Below are positions 39,901 to 50,715 of a DNA stretch of 64,000 nucleotides, one piece after another (position 1 is the first letter of the stretch; each line of letters begins with the position of its first letter). This DNA is from Selaginella moellendorffii (taxonomy: Eukaryota > Plantae > Lycopodiophyta), in assembly GCF_000143415.4 (NCBI RefSeq), contig NW_003314311.1, forward strand, positions 540,181-604,180, in the 5' to 3' direction. The notes beneath the pieces were generated by a model that was not told where the DNA came from, searched no databases, and saw nothing but the letters and a program-made list of their open reading frames with translations. The position numbers and the translations under genes are program-made.

Positions 39901-40838
39901 TCCATTGTTCCTGGCTTGCAAAAAGAGACTAGAAACATACCGATATTTGTTGCAAGGCCATTCTGTTTGAACAAGCTGTATATATCCGGGTTGACATACT
40001 TGGATGCTGTGCGGACAAGGTTCGTCTGCTGCAAATGGCAAAGGGGGATTTCTCTGATCAAGTCACAAGGGCCTGGCCACTTGAGCGCCTCAAGTGTTTG
40101 GTGAACTGCTTTTTCCCTTGTCCGCATAACAGTCTCTTGGAAGCGCTTGTCCACCACGTTGTCAGGAAGGTCTGCAACTCTTTCAGCTCCAGGCTGTTCC
40201 TCAGGTTTCCTATCGTGAACACCACTAGATTGCCCAACTTCAGGGATTTGCGTTGGTGGTGGTGGCGGTGGTGGCGGGGGCAAAGGCAATAGTGGCAGTG
40301 GTGGTGGCAATGGTGGTGGTGGCGGTGGCGATGGAGGTGGTGGAGGTGGTGATGGAGGTGGTGGAGGTGGCGATGGCGGTGGTGGAGGTGGTGATGGTAG
40401 AGGTGATGGTGGTGGAGGTGGTGAATCTCTATCTAAATGTGTCTCTGTTGTGCCAATGGACATGTCGATTGTGATGTTGTCGTCAGTGCCAAATTGAACT
40501 TCTCGTGTTTTCTTGGCTCCAACAACCTTTTTCTGTGTTACAATTTTCCTTTTCTGCAAGAGAAAAAGTTTTGTTAGTCAAACTAAATAAAGATAATGAG
40601 AAATTCAAACAGTCAAAGAGAAAAAAAAAATCAAGTGGGCCTAGACTCCACCTCGGGCACTTTGGCTGCCCAGGGGGCCGAGGTTATTTGAATAACCTCG
40701 GCCCCTCGGCAAGCAAAACTGCCCGAGGTGGCCTGCCCGAGCTCGACCTCGGCCAGCAAAGAAGCAATCAAGAAAAAAAAAGGGAAGAAATGGAATGGAA
40801 GTGGAAGCAATCAAATCGAAACTCACCCTTGGCGGCAT
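36979..40838 (-). pseudogene. Multi-exon ParB-like plus beta-class DNA amino-methyltransferase-like fusion gene (MULE cargo), with several premature stops
   Basis: MPPR|KRKIV start and poly-Pro linker. ParB-like REIPLCHLQQTNLVR..FQIIDGNHQYGAW. MTase-like ADFILFDFPDG followed by VLLELYCPPNGIVIDCTAGSGSMVEAARDSGRSVFAIE. GT-AG introns. Confidence 0.78.
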
Positions 40839-40877
40839 CTTTCCTCCCTCGATTTCTTGATCGTGCTAGATTTCTTG

Positions 40878-41205
40878 TGCGCTCAATCTCTCCTGCTCGC
40901 GCGCTCAATCTCTCCTGCTCGCGCGCTCAATCTCTCCTGCTTGCGCGCTCAATCTCTCCCGCTTGCGCGCTCAATCTCTCAATCTCTTGCGCGCTCAATC
41001 TCTCGATCTCTTCCCCGCTCAATCTCTCGATCTCTTACCCGCTCAATCTCTCGATCTTTTGCGTGCTCAATCTCTCGATCTCTTCCTGCTCAATCTCTCG
41101 ATCTCTTGCCCGCTCAATCTCTCGATCTCTTGCACGCTCAATCACTCAATCTCTTGCACGCTCAATCACTCGATCTCCTTCGCGCTCAATCCCTCGATCT
41201 CTCGC
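40878..41205. repeat. Tandem 19-22 bp minisatellite immediately upstream of the ParB-MTase gene
   Basis: Roughly 15 copies of (GC)GCTCAATCTCTCGATCTCTT variants. Confidence 0.92.
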
Positions 41206-43531
41206 GTGCTCCACTCACGATGCGAACAGTAACCTAATCTTGGCGGCTACCCTAACCCTAATCCTGACGGCTGCCCTAACCCTAACCTATCTCTCATCCT
41301 GGCCGTTCATTCCGAATAACCTAAATCTCAACCATCACAATATCTTTGATCTTATTTTATCTTATCATTATTATTATATGTAAATTATGCTTCTTTATTT
41401 TGTATATTTTAATGATGGTATAACTAGCACCTATCAACATTTCTGTTATTAGAGATATGATATTATATTTTACAAATTATCTAGAAAGGATGCATTCTCA
41501 TCACTATTTTGTACATATTTTGGAATCGTTACAAGAACTTCAAAGAGTATAAATAAGGCACGTTAAAATATATTGTACTATATCCATCTATGAATGGATG
41601 AATCCTCATCCAGAAATTTATTTTGTACTGTATTAGATCCTAAACAATAGGCACGTGCTTTAAATGTCATTGAGCAGTGTTCACAATTATGGATAAAACT
41701 TGAGTTGTACTATGAATCAAATCTGTTATTGAAGAATAAGATTTGACAAGATTTATTATCATCTACCACTTAAAATTTGACAACTTGACATATCACACGT
41801 GCTGATAGTTAGATTGGATCTCTTGGTTTGACACGTTATAGCAGAATGTCATTACTAGTATCATTATTAACTATCAAACTTCACGTGCTGAAAATCTTTC
41901 CTTGGATCTATGTGTATACATGCATCAGACATCATAATAGATGACAGTAATATTAATACTGTCACACTTACACATGTTAAATTTGCTATAGAATTTGATT
42001 CATTTTGTACGTTGTCTTCTTATTACTCTATTTAAATTTCAATTATGTTTCACTATAGATTTTTACAAGTAGCATAAAGAGAGAGAACTCCAAAACCTAT
42101 TGAGAAGGATGGAGAGGTTTCTTCTTCATTTTCGAGATCACCCACCTCTTTCATTCTCTCAGAGTATTGTTTCTGAAAGTTTTTTATGTCGGCGTTTTGA
42201 TCTTCGTCTTGGCTCTATTTCTTTAGAGGCTGTGATCCGCAACGACACCGGTATAGTTGCATACTCGGAGTTTCTTCTTTCTGGTGTGGGCGAGGGTGGA
42301 CAACAATGGGATTTACAAAATTCCAAGTCGAAGGAGATTCGAGTGTTTGGATCTCCAGTCAAAATGCCAAAATGCGCTCCAGCGAAAGTGAATGTGAAGC
42401 AAGAGTCAGTCGTTATCCTCTCGTCCTCTTCTAGTTCAAGTGAAGATGTCATGCTAGTGTCGGCGCCAAATTCACCAGCTCCAGCTCCAACTTCAGCAAT
42501 ATTCAAAGCCGTTAGCAATGCTTTCCAGTTTTCACGCCTCTCAATCGACGTGCACTTGTTTTTGTATAGGCTTGTGAGTGAGCTTCCATCCTCCTACAAT
42601 GGCAACATTTTCTTCGAGCTACCACCTCTTGTCCGCAGCACAGGTTCCAAACGGAAGGGGATGGAAACCAAGCAGGATGTCCACAATTGGTGCAAGATCA
42701 AGACTACACACTTCCAACATTTTGAAGGCACAGTGTCTATAGTTCATTGTGGCGGGCATTTAGATTGTGTGGATGAAGCATGCAATCAAGACCGCTCTAG
42801 AAACTCTATATTTTTCGAAGGGTCTGCAGTCAATCCTCCAGCCTGTGACACCATTGCTGTTGGATTCAAATATGCTCTATTTCGTTAAAGTGGGATTTAT
42901 TCAGTAAAATGGGACTAGGTACAAATTTTCAAGTATTTGAAAATGACGTGAAATTATATGTTTTTTGTCCAGGGGCTAGACATATCTGGGGCATGGTGAC
43001 TAGCGCGGTGACTTTATGTCCAGACTGAGTCCATCTGGTTGTATAATAAATCTCATTGTCAAGGTGAACAAGCCGAATCTGAAGCTAAAGAAGAGCGATG
43101 GCATGCACGCACACACTATTTGTTTGTTCATTGAGCGTGTGGTGAGCTTTCCAAGATGAACGTCATTCCTATTAGCCAGACATATAACTTAATGGTGAGA
43201 ACATTTAGATATTATTCAATGTTATCTTTTTCTAACAAATCTAATTGTGAAGGTGTAGCAAGAGGCATTGCTAGTCTGGAGAAGTCATTTAACTCATTTG
43301 ACCCTTAGTGTATTTTCATGAAACTAAATAACATTCATATTATTAAGGAATTTCTCTAGTACCTTTTTTTTACGACATAGAGGCTTGCATTTCTTTCAAA
43401 GGTGATTTAGTAAAAGGCCTGAGGGCACATGCCATTCTATTTCTCAGACCGGTATTAAGATATACTAGTGCAAAGGGAAAAAGGTATTTGGTGATCAAGT
43501 AAATGGCATGAGGGCACACGCCATTATAAGC

Positions 43532-43789
43532 CTAAGCGCTAGTGGACACCTCCTTTTTGGTACTCTCAGCGGTACTATCATCCTTCTCCGGGTCAGTTGT
43601 TTTGCTTTGGATTGTTGTCTCTGACGTTACTGGGGCGTTCTCGATAGTTGTTAATGTTGCCGTTTGTTCAGAAAAATGATCACCTGGAGTATAGTACGGG
43701 GAGTTTGGAAGACTTATATATTCTACATCTTCACCTATCTCCTTCTCCGTCTCCTTTTCTGCCTCACTTACAAATTTTGTGCTTGCCAT
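43532..43789 (-). CDS. 85-aa micro-protein carried by the Sola-like element (homologue of 35151-35399)
   Basis: ISLPNSPYYTPG..ENAPVTSETTIQSK..STAESTKK. Confidence 0.7.
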   Translation of the reverse strand: MASTKFVSEAEKETEKEIGEDVEYISLPNSPYYTPGDHFSEQTATLTTIENAPVTSETTIQSKTTDPEKDDSTAESTKKEVSTSA

Positions 43790-44458
43790 GAGAACGCTCT
43801 TCACCCTAAAATATGGAGTTCGTTGTGTTATAAAAGGAAACCAACACACTCGCTGCAAGGGAATGATGGTACATAAAGCACGTAAGCCCACAATATGGGT
43901 TTATGTGCCATTAATATGGGCCACACGCCATATTATTAGATTTATGCACGTGTGATTGGTAAATGCATATGTCACATCATCTTTGTTTTACCTCACACAC
44001 TATATCAGGCCTAATGAACCATATCACATGTGCGCACATGCTATATATATGGAGAAGTATTATGCAAGGATAGAAATTCAATGCATGATTGTGGAGAGCA
44101 ATGGCATGAAGCCACATGCTAAATAACATTTTAGAGAAAGAATTAAAATAAAAACATGCAAACAGTACTAAGTGGACCAAGACTTAGAAGTGCACAATTG
44201 AATGAGGTATTTCTAATAAATACTTCACTCACCTCATATAGGAATGGCTACCACTCTCAAATGGCGTATCGCCTCATGCCATCACCTCGCAATTTGTTAT
44301 AACAATCCGATGAATTCATATTTGGCTTGTTCACCTTGAACTTTAAGTAAGATTTGCTAGAACAACTAAGAATTTATACTTGTTATTTGTATCATCTCAC
44401 CTAGGAATGGCGTAAGGCCACATGCCATCACGCCTCCTCTGATTCAGATTCGGATTGT

Positions 44459-47400
44459 TCACCTTGAAATAAAATACATTAGAAACTTAGTAAAGGAATA
44501 TTCATGAATCTCACCTTGAACCCGGGTTATGAATGCTCTTGCTGCATCTCTTGCATGGTCTGGCAAGGTGATGGTGGCACTCTGCTTCCGCATCCAACCA
44601 TGCACAACATTATCCACCGATATGCTCATGCTGGGATCCCTTGGATTCAGCACCCATCTCTTTTCTAGGCAATCGTTCGTATATTCGGAACTTGGCTTGA
44701 ACCACTCCACAGTTACATTGAAGGAGTTAGTTTCCGCGTCCTCCTCTGCATCAGTGATGCAGCGCCCCACCCATATCATTTGTTTTGTATTACTGGGTCT
44801 GACAAGCACGACCATTCCTTTGCAGACCTGTACTGGATTGAATGCTGAATCCGGCTTCTTGTTCCTCGGCCCACAATAGTGATCCTCAACATCATTATCT
44901 GTCACTGCATTTCCAGAGGACATTGTTCCGCTACTATCTGGTGCTCTGGGTTCTGGCCAAAAGGACTCTTCCAATTCTTCATATACAACCGACCCATTTT
45001 GGATAGCAGATATAATCTTCTCCCAGTATTCGAGCAAAGGCTTGCACCTCTGAAAATAGGATTCTCCACCAAACACCAACCCCCTCTTCCAGAAGGCAAT
45101 ATGCTGTCTAATCCCGGCCACTATACTTTCCTGGTCTTTGAGTCCATCCGGGTGCATCGGCCGTGGGGAACCCTGAGGAATCATAGGTTCCCCAGTTATG
45201 GGATCTCTCTTGAAGAGTTCAATGCCGTCCACTGGCAGCCACACTGTGTCCCATTCTCTCATCTTGTACCTCATCACTGGAGCACCGTCACACATGCTGA
45301 AATGAAACTGAAGAGGCTTGGAGTGGCCAATCAGCGTTTCGGATCCGTCCCTGATGTAGCCTCTTACAAACCCCTTAAAGTCTGGAACCTCTGTCAGAAG
45401 TGCAGCTTCAACAGTGCCTTTGATGCAATTTTGGAATTCATCGTAGAGTTGTGGGAGGGTGAGGACATTGGATCGCCGGAGGGACTCTGCCAGATGACTG
45501 AACATGGCATCGACGTCTTCATGAGTGTGCCCAACCATGAGAAAGCCAAGTGTAACCGTTTCAAATATGCCTTTGGCAACAAGCATCACCAAGTACGCGA
45601 AGACGTACATGTTTTTGTTCTCACTGCCAGCATTGTCTGTTTGGAGCAGAAGATGGGGTGGAAGGCCACATCGGCCGCAAGAACTTCCTTGAGATTCTGC
45701 TTCGTTTGGATGAGGCTGTGCATTCACCGGGCGACCAATCTCGTCGGAATGGCATGAGGCCTCACATGATAACCCTACAATCTGACGGCCAACATATTCA
45801 CTGGGATGGCATGGGGCCCCACGCGATACTGCAAGCCTTTGCTCCTCCTCCAGCTGAACCCTGTATGGGGTTCGATCGACAAGGGCATTATGCAAGGGTT
45901 GGCCGTTCAGCTCAGTCTGTGCACTTTGCAGAGACCTTAAGTGTTTTGCTAGGGACGCAATCATCATGTTTGCACCCCCGCCACCCCATAGAGGTACAAA
46001 GAAGTTCCCATAGTTCTGGGCACCATGCCCATGAGCGATTATGCCAAACAGAGACACAGGCAGCTGCATGGATGAAGAGATTGCCTTGGGGGCAGGATTG
46101 AGTCGAGGTAAGCACGTCTTTTTCTGGTCCATTTTGTCGTGGATGATGCAGAGGTAAGAGTCAGGTCTCTCCATGGAGAGAATCCTGTTATGATAATATG
46201 CAGTCCTGCAGCTTCTCTGCTCGATGTTGTGGTCGAGCCGCCTTCTAACCAACGTCTCTCGCTCTTGAGCGCTGCAAGAATTCTTTGACAAAGCCATTTT
46301 GATAGCAGTGCACTCGTCACACTTTGAAAAGCTGGAGTACTTTCCTATACTCACATCCCTGAACCTGTTGCTCCACAATCTACTAAATCTAGATTGGCTC
46401 ACCTTCCTGTAGCCATTACTCTGGAGTTCCCGATTCACATCTTCCAATATGGCCCCCTTGGTATACATGGAAGGGAGAACTCGTTGGGTGTCTCGTGTTC
46501 CATTTTCCAAGAGGCGGGTTTTATGTGGTTGCTGCTCGCTACATGTCTCGACAAACCTCTTGAAGATTGCCTCTCCATATACAACATGACCCCTGGTTTT
46601 GTGCGTACCGTCGTTCCCATGGACTGCCTGTTGAACCCTTTGTTCCTCGAACTCAGTTTTGATTCTGTAGAATGTGGTTCGAGGGACTCCATAAATGATT
46701 CTCTATGCCTTCATGCAGACCAAACCCCTCTGGAAGACCATGCCCCCCACCTGATGTTTTGAAGCATCAACAGATGACCGTAATGCCTCATACACAAAAT
46801 TGCGAGCTGCCTTCCAGGACAATGTCTTGTATCTTGCTCTCTCCTCTTCAATAGCATCCCAATCAGCATGTTGACAGCACCTCCTCTTGCAACAAGCAAC
46901 TGTCGAGACCATTCGAACTTCCATCGCCATTTTCTGCCTTTTCGGTTCGTTGCTCAGATCCCTTTGGCTGCGCTTTAGGAAGGTGTACTTTCTTTTCCCA
47001 TGAAGAGATGTTCTGTCATCAGTTGTAGTGGTGTTTGATTGTGAATCCTTCACATTCTCAAACACTAAGTGCCTCAATTTCCACCGCACAATGCTTCCAA
47101 TAGTCAGACTGTTTTCTTCTGTGTCAACAACCTCTAAAATCGCAACTCCAATATCATCCCAGCCCAATTCTTGATTAGCAACCGCATCTCTTGGATCGAC
47201 AACTGTGGCTAAGCCCTCAGCTACCACCTCCCCCTCGGGGTTGTTTAGAAACACCTTTGCCTGAATCCATGTAGCACGGTTCTTAAGATCCACGGAGGGA
47301 ACATGCGTCGCACTTGCGCTGTCCCCAACATCTGCTTTCTTCTGAAGATTTTTCAAGGCAACAACAACATTTACCCCGACGACCATCTCTCCTCGTTCAA

Positions 47401-47569
47401 TAGCGACCACATTCCCATCGAAGACAGTCTCTACTGATACAGCAGCATTGCCTTCCCCAAGCCTTTCACAGTGTATAACAAAGTTCCGATCCATAGACAC
47501 AAGGGTCCCTTTTGCAACTCTCTTCCCACCATTCAAAATGTAAACCTTTTCCCCAACCCTGAAGGCCAT
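44459..47569 (-). pseudogene. Sola-like transposase, about 1036 codons, with a single in-frame TAG at 46703-46705
   Basis: The 46703-47569 and 44459-46510 ORFs are one frame (VCMKA*RIIYG, probably TGG>TAG). KCDECT; IIHDKMDQ; LQTDNAGSENKN; FLMVGHTHEDVDAMFS. Duplicated N-terminal VA(K/E)G beta-rich domain. 3' end may be spliced. Confidence 0.85.
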
Positions 47570-47757
47570 TCTGAAAGTGCAGAAAAGAAGTTAAGACCAT
47601 ACAAAAAATGATTGGAGAATGGCCTAAATCATAACATACCAAACAACCTCAATAGCATGAGGCCACATGCCATTATTCAAACATGCTATTGACACCCATG
47701 TGAAATTTCGCATTCACAAAATTGGCATGAGCCCTCATGCCATTAGTGGTACCACTA

Positions 47758-47949
47758 ATGGCATGAGGCCTCACACTATCTTTGGCCCCTGTTAGCTTGT
47801 TGCTATATTCCTTTTGCCTTGCTGCAACTGTATATATTTTTGTGTGCGTGACTAGTCACCCATACAAAAATATATACAGTTGCAGCAAGGCAAAAGGAAT
47901 ATGGCAATAGGCTAGGAGGGGCCAAAGATGGCATGAGGCCTCATGCCAT
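47758..47949. repeat. About 190-bp near-perfect inverted repeat (hairpin) upstream of the Sola-like transposase
   Basis: Arms ..TATTCCTTTTGCCTTGCTGCAACTGTATATATTTTTGT.. and ..ACAAAAATATATACAGTTGCAGCAAGGCAAAAGGAATA.., centred on GTGACTAGTCAC. Confidence 0.92.
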
Positions 47950-49106
47950 CTTGATATACACACAGCTGCAGGCAAGTAAAAACATACATGACAATACGCT
48001 AGCCATGAAATTGCAAGGGCCCAAGATGGCATGTGGCCTCATGCCATTTCTAAATGTGGTCCTAAGCCATTCCATGGTGAACATACCAGGAAGCACAAGT
48101 GCCAAATATCAAGAGGAAGCGGTAGCCACACCAAAGACAGTGCCGCTTGCAACACCGCAACTACTCGTAGCGCCGCTCGCAACACCGCAACTGCTCGTAG
48201 CACCGCTCGCACAAACTGCCACTCGCATAAACTGCCGCTCACAATGGCGCTCGCAATGCCGCAACCACTCGTAGACGCATAAACCACAGCCCACAACGCC
48301 GCTTACACAAGCAGCGCTCACTGCACTCAGCGGAACCAAGAACATGGCGCACAAAAATGATAGACCTAGGAATGAGTTCGAGAATTCAAAAATAACACAC
48401 GCTTGAACGTCACATCAAATCCTCTGACAAACCAGATCTTATGATTCCTCTGACAAATTTCAAACTGAGTAGCTTCTAGACTTTGCTGTCGGAGGTTGAA
48501 CTTTGTCACATCATGTCCTTGCCTCGATCCAGCTGTGCCATGTCAGTGATTTGAACTTTGCCATGCCATGTCAGCGATCCGCGCCAAGATTATTCGCCGT
48601 GTAAAGGAATAATTATGCTGTGTGTGTACGTCCATTTATGGCAATATAAGGCCACACGCTATTCAAAGAATAATGCTCGACATAAGGCCATACGCCATTC
48701 AAAGAATAATGCTAGTCGAGCATTTTTTGGTGCATTTTTGGGTTCAAAATTGCATGAGCCCACACGCTATAAAGTTTACCTGTACCAAAAATAGAAACAG
48801 CTTTATTTACTTGGGAATTTAAGTGGTTGAGGCATTTTTAAACTTACAAACACATGCCCTACTTACATTCCTTTGGTTGCTTAAAATTCAAAAATATTAT
48901 AAACCTTTCTTTTTGCATTTTCAATGTTTTCAATTATGGTTTTTGATTTTCGTAGGACCAGCCTAGTAATCTATTTGCATCCCGTCATGTTTATAGCTAG
49001 CTTTCGTTTGTCCCCTTCGCTAGCCTGAGATACATCTGCTCGGCATCTGCCTCTTACAGCATTTGCCCAGAAAGGGCATCTTTCTTCACGCAGCATTTGC
49101 CACATG

Positions 49107-49139
49107 TTTAGGGTTTAGGGTTTAGGGTTTAGGGTTTAG
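49107..49139 (+). repeat. Interstitial plant telomere repeat (TTTAGGG)4+
   Basis: Directly visible. Confidence 0.9.
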
Positions 49140-50715
49140 CAATTCAGTAGCTTGATAAACATGCAAATACAGAACTTGATGCAAAATCCTTTGATATGTC
49201 ACAATGCCCCTAGGACCATAAACACATTTCAATAGAGAGGGTCCTTTCATTTCATAACTCCTTACGTAGATCTTGGTGAAACCAGAGTTAGTGAAGTTAG
49301 TTTCTTGTGATCCCGCATCTGATTGTGATGTCCCTTTGCAGTTTCGATGGAAGGTCAATGCACACCAAACTGTAAAATCTTGGAGCAAAATAACAGTCGG
49401 ATCTATGGCAAATGCCCCTGAAACATTGTAAGGCTCGTGTGGTCTCATGTGGTGTCCGATTGAGATGCTTCTTTGTAGGGTCATCAAGAAAGACATTGTA
49501 TACCATTCTGTAAAATCTAGTTGCGATCTAACGGTTGGATCTCCAGAAAACTCAAAAAAATCTCGCGCGTGTCAGAATATCCTAGGAATATACTCTTATG
49601 TGCCCCTGAAAATGGCATGCGGCCCCACGCCATTCAAGAGATAACGCCAGATGACGCCGAGAATTTTTTGGTGCATTTTTTGGGTTCAAAATTGCATGAG
49701 CCCACACGCTATAAAGTTTATCTTTGCCAAATAGAGAAAAGTTTATCTGTGTCATGTGAGGTAGTTACAGTCCTTTGTGCTCGGCATCTGCCTCTTGCAG
49801 CATTTGCACTGAAAGGGAATTTTTCTCCATTCAGCATTTGGCCCTGAAAATGGCATGCGCCCACACGCCATTCAAGGAATAACGCCACAGGACGCCTGGA
49901 TTTTTGGGTTTAAAATGTTTAGGGTTTTTTGGGTTTTTTCAAAATATTTTGGGTCCAACGTTTTTTGGGTTTCTTTGGTTCAAAATTGCATGAGCCCACA
50001 CGCTATAATATTGATTTGAGAGAAAAATAGAAACAGATAGAATTTCTTTATTTAGCTGAACATCTGCCATTTTTGGAAATACAAGATGCTTTGGAATATC
50101 CAATCATGCATGGTATAAATATAGCGAGGGTATTAAATGATATCCCAATCATGATCTTTCTTTTGGATTTCGCGTGCATGCAGTCCGAGGAATGATGACG
50201 TTGCGGATTTCTTTTGGATTTTGCGTGCTTGCATGCGCGCGGCAATCCAGAAATTAATGGTGGCGCCCAAGTCCGAGGAATGATGACGTGGCGGGATTAC
50301 CAACCGTTGTGACATTTCGCGCGTGTGAGGTTAGGTTTTGCATTTTGCTTCGTACTTGCGCTCGCGCTCGCATCACACTCGCGCTCGCATCGCGCTCCCA
50401 CTCGCGATCACGCTCACTTCTCTACAGGTTTCTCGTGTGCATCGGCGTCCACTTGCGCTTGCATCACACTCGCGCTCGCATCGCGCTCGTGTGCATCGGC
50501 GTCCACTTCAAGACACACCCAGTTTGTAACTTCGCCGCCAACTCCGCCGCCCACTCCGCCACCCACACGCAGCCCACTTGGCGTCCCGGGAGATTTCAGC
50601 ACCACTCTCCAACTGTAAGTGGCAGAGTAGCCTTGCTGCTACGATCCGCTGCACACACAGTGCACATTCGCCAGCGAGTCCGGCCTCGATTGTCACGGCC
50701 TCCATTCGGCTTCAA

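Noticed and set aside
36979-40838. Bacterial contamination as the source of the ParB-MTase genes
   Set aside because: The genes have phase-consistent spliceosomal introns and sit inside TIR/TSD-bounded eukaryotic transposons contiguous with plant genes.
40505-41383. 292-aa and overlapping ORFs
   Set aside because: They are translations of the 19-22 bp minisatellite, with no protein features.
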